A stretch of 32,000 nt of DNA from contig NC_000909.1 of assembly GCF_000091665.1 (NCBI RefSeq), positions 353,581 through 385,580 of the forward strand, given 5' to 3'. Source of the DNA: Methanocaldococcus jannaschii DSM 2661. GTDB taxonomy: Archaea; AGJL01; Methanococci; Methanococcales; Methanocaldococcaceae. Position 1 is the first letter of the stretch. The number at the start of each line of letters is the position of its first letter. Of this stretch, positions 18,167-27,171 are shown one piece after another. A program made the position numbers and the translations under genes. The notes beneath the pieces were generated by a model. It was given only the letters and a program-made list of their open reading frames with translations. It searched no databases and had not been told where the DNA came from.

Positions 18167-18934
18167 TTATTTTAGAGATTTTAAGACCTCATCTTTCAAT
18201 ATGTTTAGTATTTTCTTTCTATATTCAAGGAATTCTATACTTGTTCTATCTCTTGGTCTTTCCAAATCAATTTTTACAATCTCTTTTATTCTTCCAGGTC
18301 TTGCAGTTAAAACAACAACTCTATCTGAAAGATAAACTGCCTCATCAACGCTATGGGTGACGAAAAACACTGTTTTTTTCTCCTTTTGCCATATTTTTAA
18401 TAATTCATTCTGTAAAATATTCCTTGTTTGGGCATCTAATGCAGCAAACGGCTCATCCATTAAAACAATCTCTGGGTCGTTTGCTAAAGTTCTTGCTATA
18501 GCCACCCTCTGTTGCATCCCTCCACTTAATTGATAAGGATAGGCATCTTCAAATCCTTCCAATCCAACCATTTTAATAAATTTTTTAGCAATCTCTATTC
18601 TTTCATTTTTTGGGATACCTTTTAACTCTAAGCCAAATGTAACATTTTTTAAAACAGTTCTCCATGGCATTAGCGTATATTGTTGAAATACAACTCCTCT
18701 ATCAGCTCCAGGGCCTTTAACTTCTTTCCCATCTAATAAAACTTTTCCTTCAGTTGGATAATCTAAACCAGCTATAATTCTTAATAATGTTGTTTTTCCA
18801 CAACCACTTGGCCCCATAACTGTTAAAAATTCATTCTCATAAACCTCTAAATTAATATTATCTAATGCTTTAACTCTATTCCCATTAAATTCAAAAATTT
18901 TTGTTAGATTTTCCACTTTTAGCTTTACCTTCAT
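18167..18934 (-). CDS. ABC transporter ATP-binding protein (NitT/TauT - nitrate/sulfonate/bicarbonate-type)
   Basis: Walker [10 protein letters not shown], signature LSGGMQQR, Walker B IVLMDEPF and H-loop THS. The ORF-track start at 18970 is TTG. The first in-frame ATG is 18934 ([10 protein letters not shown]...), 14 nt after the permease stop, preceded by AGGGATAGG. Confidence 0.9.
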   Translation of the reverse strand: MKVKLKVENLTKIFEFNGNRVKALDNINLEVYENEFLTVMGPSGCGKTTLLRIIAGLDYPTEGKVLLDGKEVKGPGADRGVVFQQYTLMPWRTVLKNVTFGLELKGIPKNERIEIAKKFIKMVGLEGFEDAYPYQLSGGMQQRVAIARTLANDPEIVLMDEPFAALDAQTRNILQNELLKIWQKEKKTVFFVTHSVDEAVYLSDRVVVLTARPGRIKEIVKIDLERPRDRTSIEFLEYRKKILNILKDEVLKSLK

Positions 18935-18948
18935 CCTATCCCTTTTTT

Positions 18949-19752
18949 TTACTTCATCATCTTTCTCCAAACAAAGTATTTATCTTCAATATATCTCAGT
19001 CCTCTATCTAACACAAGCCCAATCAATCCGATAATTATCATACAGGCAATAACAACGTCCATTCTACTTAATGAATAGGCATACATAATTAGGTATCCTA
19101 AACCAGCATTACTTGATGGTAGCATCTCAGCAGCGACAACACACATCCATGCTATACCTGCTCCAACTCTCAGCCCAGTTAAAATACTTGGGGATGATGC
19201 GGGGATAACAACCTTTATTAAGATATCTCTTCCTTTAGCTCCTAATGTTAAAGCTGCCTCAATTAATGGAGTAGGGACTCCTTTAACTCCCGATATTGTG
19301 TTTATTAATATTGGGAAGAATGCTCCAATGAATATGATAAATATCATTGACATCTCTCCTAATCCAAACCATGCCAATGATAGAGGAACCCAAGCTAATG
19401 GTGGAATTGGTCTTAACAGTTCTATTAATGTGTCACATAAGCTATTTACTGTTCTATAGTAGCCCATCAATATTCCTAAGGGTATTGCTACAGCTGAAGC
19501 TAATAAAAAACCACTTATGACTCTCTTTATACTAATTATTGTATTATCTATCAAACTCCCAGTTCCTAAAATTCCTTGAAATGGATGAATTAAAACATTA
19601 ATAACTGCTTCAACCCTTGGGAGTATGACAGGGTTATTTATATATATTGCCAACAATTCCCAAATAACTACAGCCAAAGCTGGAAGGGATATTTTCAACA
19701 CTAATTCTTTTGTATTTATTTTCACACTAATCCCCTTTTTATGGTTCATCAC
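18949..19752 (-). CDS. ABC transporter permease (NitT/TauT family, SsuC/TauC-like)
   Basis: 267-aa polytopic protein with an EAA-like loop ([21 protein letters not shown]). The start is ambiguous: GTG at 19752 or ATG at 19749. Confidence 0.88.
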   Translation of the reverse strand: MMNHKKGISVKINTKELVLKISLPALAVVIWELLAIYINNPVILPRVEAVINVLIHPFQGILGTGSLIDNTIISIKRVISGFLLASAVAIPLGILMGYYRTVNSLCDTLIELLRPIPPLAWVPLSLAWFGLGEMSMIFIIFIGAFFPILINTISGVKGVPTPLIEAALTLGAKGRDILIKVVIPASSPSILTGLRVGAGIAWMCVVAAEMLPSSNAGLGYLIMYAYSLSRMDVVIACMIIIGLIGLVLDRGLRYIEDKYFVWRKMMK

Positions 19753-19832
19753 CTTTTATTAAATATCAATATAATTTGTTATCTTTTAAAATTAATAAAA
19801 CTTTAAAAGCATTATGAGGTATTTAAATTTTG

Positions 19833-21020
19833 TTATTCCCAAAGTGTTCCATTTAAATAGCTAATAATTTTATCGTTAGTTTTATTGTATATTTTCCCAA
19901 TTACTGCCTTAATTTTAACACCTTCCTCAGTATCAATCTTTTCAATATTTTTTATTGTTATAACCATTTTCATCTTTCTCATAAAATCTAAAAACTCATC
20001 AAAATCCTCTTCACTATCAAATATAAGCTCAAAGTCTTCAGAAACCCTCTCCCCACTGGCTACTTTATTAATTGTTTCAACCATTGGCAATAAAATTGCC
20101 TCTCCTAAATCTTTAGCCCTATTCTTTCTCTCTTCAAGAGTTTCTTTAAACTCATAACTCATAAATCCCTCTCTCACAACCCTACTGAATAAAAAGTCCA
20201 TTCCTAAATCAAAGAAAAAGGTAAAGGCTGATTTTAAATCTTCACACTGAGTATAGTGAGTTGTGTATTTTATTGGTGAAACAGCCATATCTGGGTCTTT
20301 TAAAACAACCCCTTCTCTTCCTTCTTTGTTTAGCTTTTCAATGATTTCCCTTACATGTATATGAGCTTCATCTTTATCAACTACAGCCAGTGGCTTAACA
20401 TAAGGCAAATTATATTTTTCACATAGGTTTATTCTCTCTTTTATTGGTAAGGATTTATTTGTCTCCCTCTCCTTTATGTCAAATATATAAAATCCAAGAT
20501 TTTCAAAGCCCCTATCAACCTCTTTGTAATAGTAAGGTGTGTAAGGGTTGTTTATGCCAATCATTTCTCCACATAACATATACTCGCTATAGTCATCTAA
20601 AATCTCTAAGTTTAAGAATTTTTTAACTTTTTTTGTTGTAAATGGGCAGATGTAGCCACTTCTTGTTAAGGCATAAACCTCTCCATCTATTTTAACGATT
20701 CTTATATTATATCCGTTCAATTTCTCTTCAATAACAACCTTATCAATAAAATGTTTTTTTATTGTAGGATAGAGAGTTATAGCCCTGTATGTTTTTGGAT
20801 ACCCTCTAACAACATCAAGGTTGTCGTTTAAAAATATAACTGTCCCCTTCTCTATCCCTTTAAATTCTTTTTTAAATAGTAATGTTTTTATTTCTTTATA
20901 TTCATCCTCTCTTAAAATTTTCCTACTAAATGCTTTATTTAAATCTTTTATGGATAAATTGAGTTTTTCTGCTATTTTATTTAAATCGTATGCTGAAACC
21001 TTCATCATTATCAACCTCAT
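19833..21020 (-). CDS. ATP-dependent RNA ligase, archaeal Rnl3 family
   Basis: 395-aa ORF with nucleotidyltransferase motif I EEKLNGYN (KxNG) and downstream motifs (CGEMIG, GFYIFDI, EGVVLKD). It resembles the Pyrococcus and Methanothermobacter homodimeric RNA ligases. Alternative starts lie at 21008 and 21005. Confidence 0.8.
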   Translation of the reverse strand: MRLIMMKVSAYDLNKIAEKLNLSIKDLNKAFSRKILREDEYKEIKTLLFKKEFKGIEKGTVIFLNDNLDVVRGYPKTYRAITLYPTIKKHFIDKVVIEEKLNGYNIRIVKIDGEVYALTRSGYICPFTTKKVKKFLNLEILDDYSEYMLCGEMIGINNPYTPYYYKEVDRGFENLGFYIFDIKERETNKSLPIKERINLCEKYNLPYVKPLAVVDKDEAHIHVREIIEKLNKEGREGVVLKDPDMAVSPIKYTTHYTQCEDLKSAFTFFFDLGMDFLFSRVVREGFMSYEFKETLEERKNRAKDLGEAILLPMVETINKVASGERVSEDFELIFDSEEDFDEFLDFMRKMKMVITIKNIEKIDTEEGVKIKAVIGKIYNKTNDKIISYLNGTLWE

Positions 21021-21128
21021 TGCAGAACCTAAGTTTTTATGGCTTCATGTATAACTTATAAATAACTTTAACTATAAACATGATATTATTATTTCTAATA
21101 AATTATGTAGTAAAGAAGTGGGATAAAA

Positions 21129-21617
21129 ATGAAACGACTTAAACTACTGGGAGGGGTTATGTTATTTGCCATAGTGAGCTTGATGGTGTGTGGTTGTATG
21201 GTAGTGTTTCCAAAGAAATATCCTGACGTTCTATACAAAGAATATGATGTGATAAAGATTGAAAATAGGACAATAAATGGTGTAAAAACAGCTATAGTAT
21301 ATCAAGTAAAGACAGAAATTGGTGCGAGGAGTAGCCCATACAGCTTAGATGCCGATAGTAAAAAAGATATTGGAGCAATAACATATTATGTCTTTAAGAA
21401 TACAGACGTTGATGAAGTACAGATTATATGCTACTATGCAGGAGGGGGAGGGCTTCAGCCATACTACAAATTTAAGATAAAGAGAAGAGATGCTGAGTTA
21501 TCTGGACTTCTAAATGTTTCAGAAAAAGAACTACCTTCTGCAACATTATATTATATAGATAAGCTGATATCTTTGGGAGACCTTTGGATTAATGACAGAT
21601 TGCCAGTAAATGGATAA
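21129..21617 (+). CDS. hypothetical exported or membrane-anchored protein (possible lipoprotein)
   Basis: 162-aa ORF with an N-terminal signal-like segment ending in SLMVCGC. No family recognised. Confidence 0.55.
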   Translation: MKRLKLLGGVMLFAIVSLMVCGCMVVFPKKYPDVLYKEYDVIKIENRTINGVKTAIVYQVKTEIGARSSPYSLDADSKKDIGAITYYVFKNTDVDEVQIICYYAGGGGLQPYYKFKIKRRDAELSGLLNVSEKELPSATLYYIDKLISLGDLWINDRLPVNG

Positions 21618-21638
21618 ACTATTAATGGGGGAGGGAAA

Positions 21639-22211
21639 ATGGTTCGTGTAGTTCCTTTAACTGATGAAGAAAAAATGAGTATTGTTTCAGGATTGAGAAG
21701 TTCAGTTCCTGCTACAAAATTGGTGACATTGAGAAAGTTACAGGAGATTGCTGAAGTTAGACCAGAGGCAATTTTATACTTGGATACTTACGATAAAGTA
21801 ACGTTGAATGAAATTATCACATTACTAAATCAGATAATTGAATACGACCCTGATGAGATTCTAAGAAGAGAAGCAATGATAACTCTTGAAAAAGTTAAGA
21901 AAGCTTTGGGAACTAAGTTTTCAACATTTGTTCCTCTCTGTAATTCATGTAAATCTCCAATTGATTTGGGATGGACTTACTGTACTAACTGTGGGGCTGA
22001 GATTAAAAATATGACATTTGAAGAAGAAGTAGAAAGATGTCCAAACTGTAATAATTATATTTCAGATTCTTGGAAATACTGTGCTCACTGTGGTGCAAAG
22101 CTAAAAGAAGAGGAGGAAGAGGTTTTAAGATGTCCAAACTGTAAAAGACCTGTACAACCCGAGTGGATCGTCTGTCCATACTGTGGCTATAGACTTAAAA
22201 GAAAACCATAA
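21639..22211 (+). CDS. protein with an N-terminal helical (HEAT-like) region and three tandem zinc ribbons (DZR-type)
   Basis: 190-aa ORF with three CxxC-x9-W-x2-CxxCG units: CNSC...WTYCTNCG, CPNC...WKYCAHCG and CPNC...WIVCPYCG. A GGGGGAGGG RBS precedes the start. Confidence 0.65.
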   Translation: MVRVVPLTDEEKMSIVSGLRSSVPATKLVTLRKLQEIAEVRPEAILYLDTYDKVTLNEIITLLNQIIEYDPDEILRREAMITLEKVKKALGTKFSTFVPLCNSCKSPIDLGWTYCTNCGAEIKNMTFEEEVERCPNCNNYISDSWKYCAHCGAKLKEEEEEVLRCPNCKRPVQPEWIVCPYCGYRLKRKP

Positions 22212-22213
22212 AA

Positions 22214-22927
22214 TTAGATGTTTAATTTTCTTCTAACATTTTTCACAACTTTGCTATATAACGCTATATTATACTTGCTTCCTAACTTCCCATAGTGCCA
22301 TCTTGTTTTCCATGGATTTTTTAGTAAGTTGGATTTTGCTTTTAACAGCTCGTCAGTTTTTATTTTCAATAAATTTAAGAACTCCTTTGGTGACAAATCA
22401 TCTGGTTTTTCTATATTTAGCTCGCTAAACTTTATATAAGCGTTTCCAACTTCCCATATAAAATGGGCGTCACTCCCAAAAGCCATTGCAAAATCATATT
22501 TTTCAGCATATTCAAGAGCTTTTAAGTTTGGTTCTATACTCCTACATCTACTGTTGAATACTTCAACAACATGAACATACTTTAAAAACTCCCTCTCTTC
22601 TAATACGTTGAATTTTGCTAAACTTCTTCTTCTATTTAAATCAAAGGGATGTGGAAGGTAGATTAAAGCTCCCTGCTCTCTAACTCTATCTAATGCTTCA
22701 TATAAATCCAAATTTGCTGGTATTTCTTCAGTTAGGAATAGACCAATAAATTCTCCACTATTTGTTGCTATCTCCTCCCCAGGTATTGCAAAATTTAGTT
22801 TAGTTAGTTTATTATGGTCACAAATCGCTGGGACAATATTTTTCTTTATACAAAATTTTTCTAAAAGACCTTTTGGATTTAAAGAACATTTGCTTACTAT
22901 AGAATGAACGTGTAAATCCACTTTCAT
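22214..22927 (-). CDS. PHP-domain metal-dependent phosphoesterase
   Basis: 237-aa ORF with the N-terminal MKVDLHVHS motif, later HP..D and GSDAH motifs, typical of the PHP family. Confidence 0.8.
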   Translation of the reverse strand: MKVDLHVHSIVSKCSLNPKGLLEKFCIKKNIVPAICDHNKLTKLNFAIPGEEIATNSGEFIGLFLTEEIPANLDLYEALDRVREQGALIYLPHPFDLNRRRSLAKFNVLEEREFLKYVHVVEVFNSRCRSIEPNLKALEYAEKYDFAMAFGSDAHFIWEVGNAYIKFSELNIEKPDDLSPKEFLNLLKIKTDELLKAKSNLLKNPWKTRWHYGKLGSKYNIALYSKVVKNVRRKLNI

Positions 22928-23043
22928 TGATGTCCCCGATACTATTTATAAGAATTTTTAGAATTTTAAGATTCATTAAGACAATCATTAATTTAAGTTT
23001 TACTAACATAAATTATTAACAGTTTTATGATCTGGTGATAATT

Positions 23044-23808
23044 ATGAAAAAAATTGGCATACTCGAAATAGTTGTTATATTGTCTATATTAATAACTTCT
23101 GTATCCTTGGCATATAAATTTTATAGTAATAATGGAAATGATTATGAGTTTGATGGAAACCAGATGTATAAATGTGCATGGGTATGTGAGAAAATTTTGA
23201 ATAAAAATTTTCCTTTAAATGCCACTATTATTGGAAAATGGACGCTATCTAAAAAACCTTTCAATGGAGAGGTTAAGATATACGATGCAAAAGGGGGAAC
23301 GTTATATGCAATATATAATGGAACACCAATAACTATTGGTGGAGAATTGGCTTATCAGGAAGATATAGCTGCAAAAAAAATAATATTGCATCCTATTGGA
23401 AAGTCAATAATATTTTATGAATTAAACCCAATAGAAGGAAAGTCATTCAGAGATATTGCAAATGAAATAGAAAACACAACAAAAAACTTTAATGGGTTGA
23501 ATATTGTTGATGTTATAGTTGAGGGTAGTATGGGAGTTGATTCAAAAACATATACGCCAGTTGAAAGACAAAAGATTATGAATAATCTTGATGTTGATAT
23601 TAAAAAAGGTTTAGGCCTATATTTTGTTGATTATGGAATTATAATTAATGGAAAAATTCATTTGAATACATTAAAAAATCTTGATAACTATATAAACTCT
23701 TCAAATATCTCAACATCAAAATTAACTATCTATGTTGTTGTAAATAATTCAATAGATGAGATACCCAATAAAATAAAGGAAAACTATGCTATTATTACAT
23801 TGGGATAA
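23044..23808 (+). CDS. hypothetical protein with a single N-terminal TM anchor and an extracytoplasmic domain
   Basis: The ORF-track start at 23035 is the GTG inside the SD GGTGAT (23034-23039). The ATG at 23044 lies 4 nt after the SD. The N-terminus is MKKIGILEIVVILSILITSVSLAY, and there are several N-x-S/T sequons. Confidence 0.65.
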   Translation: MKKIGILEIVVILSILITSVSLAYKFYSNNGNDYEFDGNQMYKCAWVCEKILNKNFPLNATIIGKWTLSKKPFNGEVKIYDAKGGTLYAIYNGTPITIGGELAYQEDIAAKKIILHPIGKSIIFYELNPIEGKSFRDIANEIENTTKNFNGLNIVDVIVEGSMGVDSKTYTPVERQKIMNNLDVDIKKGLGLYFVDYGIIINGKIHLNTLKNLDNYINSSNISTSKLTIYVVVNNSIDEIPNKIKENYAIITLG

Positions 23809-23809
23809 T

Positions 23810-24850
23810 ATGGGGAAGATTGAGCTTCATCATGTATTTGTTATGTTATCTTGCATTTATTTAATATTTTCAGACATTTCAATAAATTCAGCAGTAGTTT
23901 TTTTATTTTCATCAATATTCTTTTATATATCTTTTACTGCTGGTAAAAGGTTATATTATTTAATTGGCATAGATAAAGAGAATTTAAAAATAAACTTAAA
24001 GAAGCATTATAATTTTGGAATTTTTTTAATGATAGTTGGATTGATAGCAGTAACCTCTGACTTAATTTGGGTTAAAGATGTTCCTTTATTTAATCCATTG
24101 TCAAGAAAATTTTTAAATGTTTATTTTACAACATTATCTCATCTCTTTTTGGTAGGTTGGGCAATTGTAGTAGCTTCTTCCAATATTGATAAGAAAAAAA
24201 TCTTGTTATATACAATTATATTTTCAATACTAATCATGCTCCTTGGATATAGGACAAATGTATTAGTTTTGTTAATTTCTGTTGGAGCAATTCTGTATTA
24301 TAAAAATAAAATATCTAACAGAGAGATTTTAAAATACGGAATTCTTGTCTTTGTTATTTTATTGGGGTTGTCAATATTAAGATTGTATGCTTTGGGGGTT
24401 GAAGGAAATCCAATCACATCAAGAATATCTTTAACTATGAGTATCTATGACATAATATTCAACAACTTTAATGGTGTTTTTAATGGTTATATTCATTATT
24501 CGGCAGTGTTTTCATATCTTGGACTATGCAATGGAGCGAGAACCGTTATAGCTAAAACATTAGGGATTTATAATGTGAGTATAACACCAACAATAGTTGG
24601 GGCAGTTATTGGAGATTATGGGACTTTGGCTATAATCCCATACTTTGGGATATTAGGGATATTTTTAGGGTTCTTTTATAAATTGGCAAAAGATGTTAAA
24701 GGGATTTATTTAGGGATTTATGGAATATTGTTTGCCTATACGCTTATAGGAATTGAAAGTGGGATTTTGGATATAGATGTAATCCTCTATTATTTCTTTG
24801 GGTTGATACTATGCATATATGCAATATTATTGAGAAAATTAAAAAGATAG
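23810..24850 (+). CDS. polytopic membrane protein, Wzy/O-antigen-polymerase-like (tentative)
   Basis: About 10 hydrophobic segments. The ATG at 23810 is 1 nt after the upstream stop and follows GGGATAAT; an alternative in-frame ATG lies at 23786. The motif LLGYRTNVLVLLISVGA is paralogous to LLGYKAGVLMLFIAYII in the next gene. Confidence 0.6.
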   Translation: MGKIELHHVFVMLSCIYLIFSDISINSAVVFLFSSIFFYISFTAGKRLYYLIGIDKENLKINLKKHYNFGIFLMIVGLIAVTSDLIWVKDVPLFNPLSRKFLNVYFTTLSHLFLVGWAIVVASSNIDKKKILLYTIIFSILIMLLGYRTNVLVLLISVGAILYYKNKISNREILKYGILVFVILLGLSILRLYALGVEGNPITSRISLTMSIYDIIFNNFNGVFNGYIHYSAVFSYLGLCNGARTVIAKTLGIYNVSITPTIVGAVIGDYGTLAIIPYFGILGIFLGFFYKLAKDVKGIYLGIYGILFAYTLIGIESGILDIDVILYYFFGLILCIYAILLRKLKR

Positions 24851-25953
24851 ATTTGTTTCATCCGGTATCTATTGTTATAATTGGGCATTTAATGATTTTT
24901 ATATTAGCTTTTCCATATTTGGATGATATTGGATTATATTCTTTGTTTAAAATTTTAGGAGTTTTATCAATTTTTATTGTAGGGTTTTTTTTACCATTTA
25001 TTTTTCCTATGCAAATTAAATTTAATAGGCATATTTTGTATCTTTCATTTCTTCTACTATCTTTTTTATCAATATTTGGGGCTTTTAAAATTACGCATTC
25101 GCTGTTTTTATCTATAGCTTATTTGCTATTTATTCTTATAATTGCAGAACTTTTCGTAAAATTTTATAAAAAAAAGATATTTGTTGATATCTTATTTTCT
25201 ATTGGAATTATTGCTTTTCTTTTAATAGTTTTGATTTACGGGGCTATTCCTCTATTTAATTATGAGGTAAGGATGACTATTAATTCAGAACCGTTAAGAT
25301 TAATATCCATGGGGGCTTTAATTTATGCAGGTATTGAAAATAAAGTTTATTTTATAATTGCGTTTATGATTTTGGTTTTATTGGGATATAAAGCAGGAGT
25401 TTTAATGCTTTTTATTGCCTATATTATATATAGATATAGAAACATTTTATTTAAATATATGGTTTTATTGGCATTTGCTTTATTAATCTTTTTAGGAATT
25501 ATGGGAAAAATTATCCTACTCTCTTCTAATCAAAACTGGGATTTAAATCCAATAGAACTTTTATGCTATAGAGCTTATTTTGATTTGTATGTTCTTAGTA
25601 AGATTGTTGAAAGCAATATATTAACTCTTGGGAAAATTACTTTAACCCCTAATGGGGAGCACTTTATAGGTGAGTTACTCTTTAAATATCCTCATAACAT
25701 TACAACAACATTATTTGGAACTATATATCTTGATTTTGGAATTTTTGGGGGTTTATTTGCTATGCTGTTGGGAGTTATATCAAAATATATATATGAGGGA
25801 GATAAAAAGCTCTATGCAATATATGCCTCTCTATTATTGGCTTACTGTGAGATAGGCATTAACTATGGATTTTTAGTAGTTTTATCTCTACTATTGTATA
25901 TAAATGCAAAACTAGTCTTTGCAAAACTGTTAAAGCTTATAAATGAACTTTGA
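24811..25953 (+). CDS. polytopic membrane protein, paralog of the preceding gene (Wzy-like, tentative)
   Basis: 380-aa highly hydrophobic ORF overlapping the upstream gene by 40 nt. An alternative TTG at 24853 lies just after the upstream stop. The last 13 codons and the stop lie inside repeat element copy B. Confidence 0.6.
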   Translation: MHICNIIEKIKKIDLFHPVSIVIIGHLMIFILAFPYLDDIGLYSLFKILGVLSIFIVGFFLPFIFPMQIKFNRHILYLSFLLLSFLSIFGAFKITHSLFLSIAYLLFILIIAELFVKFYKKKIFVDILFSIGIIAFLLIVLIYGAIPLFNYEVRMTINSEPLRLISMGALIYAGIENKVYFIIAFMILVLLGYKAGVLMLFIAYIIYRYRNILFKYMVLLAFALLIFLGIMGKIILLSSNQNWDLNPIELLCYRAYFDLYVLSKIVESNILTLGKITLTPNGEHFIGELLFKYPHNITTTLFGTIYLDFGIFGGLFAMLLGVISKYIYEGDKKLYAIYASLLLAYCEIGINYGFLVVLSLLLYINAKLVFAKLLKLINEL

Positions 25954-26033
25954 ACGCCTTCCTATTGAAGGCGTTCATTAAATACATAATATATTCTAAA
26001 ATATTTTACCTAAAATATTTTACAAAGAACTAT
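25912..26033. mobile_element. palindromic repetitive element (MITE/MJRE-like), copy B, with an internal 14-bp tandem duplication
   Basis: The ends CTAGTCTTTGCAAAA (25912-25926) and TTTTACAAAGAACTAT (26018-26033) are imperfect inverted repeats, homologous to the copy A TIRs. The core AATGAACTTTGAACGCCTTCC matches 13843-13864 at 21/22. A perfect 11-bp hairpin spans 25951-25977. The length is 122 = 108 + 14. Confidence 0.6.
25996..26023 (+). repeat. exact tandem duplication 2 x CTAAAATATTTTAC, each with the 12-bp palindrome TAAAATATTTTA (TATA-like)
   Basis: Read directly: 25996-26009 equals 26010-26023. The second unit ends 33 nt upstream of the ATG at 26057, so it may serve as TATA box(es) for that gene. 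Confidence 0.75.
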
Positions 26034-26056
26034 AAAACACTTAAAGAGGGATAATC

Positions 26057-27139
26057 ATGAAGTTTATAATAAAAACTCAAAAAGGTTTTGAAAATATCGT
26101 TGTGAATAATCTAAAAGAAATTGTTGATGATTTTAATTATATCGTTTCTCCTGATGGTTATCAAGGTATTGTTATAGTTGAGAGTGATGAAGATATTGAA
26201 GACAAAATACTACAAATCCCAGAGGTTGAGAGAGTTTTAAAAGTTTATTTTGAAACAGAAACAGATTTTGATAAAATAGTTAATTTAGCTGAAAAGATTA
26301 AAGATTACATAAAAGAGGATGAAACTTTTGCTGTAGAAACTAAAAAAAGAGGAAAACATGATTTCAGCTCAACAGATATAAACATTGTTTTGGGAGCTAA
26401 GATTAAAGATTTAACAAATGCTTCAGTTGATTTAAATAATCCAGATAAGGTTGTTCATGTTGAAGTATTTAAAAATAAAACTTATGTATCAATAACCCCT
26501 GGAGAAAAGTTCAAAAAATATACCAAGGAGAAAAGAAATGCGAGAGAGTTATTTAAAAAAGTTGTTATTGTGCAAATGCCATATTTGGGAGAAAAAATTG
26601 TTTGTAAAAGGTTTGGGGAAGCTATTGGGAGAGCAGCTCAAGGATTTGAAGTTAAGGAGTTAATTATAGCACCAAAAGAAAAAGTTGATGCCTATGAATT
26701 GATGGAATTTATTAAAGGAGTTAAGATTGGGCAGCACTCAAGATATGAGATTCAAAAGAGAGCTTATCCATTTGAAATTAAGTTAGTTCCAGTGACTGTT
26801 CAAGATTTATATCAGGTTGTTAGGGATAAGAGGAGAGATAATAGATTGTTAATAATTACTGACCCAAAAGGAGATGAGTTATCAAAAATTAAGGATAAAT
26901 TAGCTTATGATTTAAGAAAAAAGAGAGAAATTATTGTATTTTGTGGTTCAAGGGAGGGGATTCCAAGAGGATTATTTAGATTTGCTGACTATATAGTAGA
27001 TTTAGCTCCACATATGACATTTGCTACTGAACATGCTATTCCTGCTGCTTTAATAGCTTTATGGGGAGTTTATAGTGGAGAGGATTTGGAAAATAGCTCT
27101 AAAGAAGAAAAAACAGAATCTAACTCAAATGGTGAATAA
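26057..27139 (+). CDS. THUMP domain plus SPOUT-like (trefoil-knot methyltransferase-like) fusion protein, predicted RNA-modifying enzyme
   Basis: The N-terminal ~150 aa are THUMP-like (FAVETKKRGKHDFSSTDINIVLGAKIKD...VDLNNPDKVVHVEVFKNKTYVSI). The C-terminus has a SPOUT-like knot region (REIIVFCGSREGIPRGLFRFADYIVDLAP...ATEHAIPAALIAL). A GAGGGATAATC RBS precedes the start. Confidence 0.6.
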   Translation: MKFIIKTQKGFENIVVNNLKEIVDDFNYIVSPDGYQGIVIVESDEDIEDKILQIPEVERVLKVYFETETDFDKIVNLAEKIKDYIKEDETFAVETKKRGKHDFSSTDINIVLGAKIKDLTNASVDLNNPDKVVHVEVFKNKTYVSITPGEKFKKYTKEKRNARELFKKVVIVQMPYLGEKIVCKRFGEAIGRAAQGFEVKELIIAPKEKVDAYELMEFIKGVKIGQHSRYEIQKRAYPFEIKLVPVTVQDLYQVVRDKRRDNRLLIITDPKGDELSKIKDKLAYDLRKKREIIVFCGSREGIPRGLFRFADYIVDLAPHMTFATEHAIPAALIALWGVYSGEDLENSSKEEKTESNSNGE

Positions 27140-27171
27140 CTTAATCTTTAAATTTTTATTTAATAGGTTGC

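Noticed and set aside
23044-23120. Class III (type IV pilin/archaellin-like) signal peptide in MKKIGILEIVVILSILI
   Set aside because: The residue before the candidate cleavage Gly is Ile, not the Lys/Arg expected at -2 in prepilin peptidase substrates. A simple signal anchor explains the sequence.
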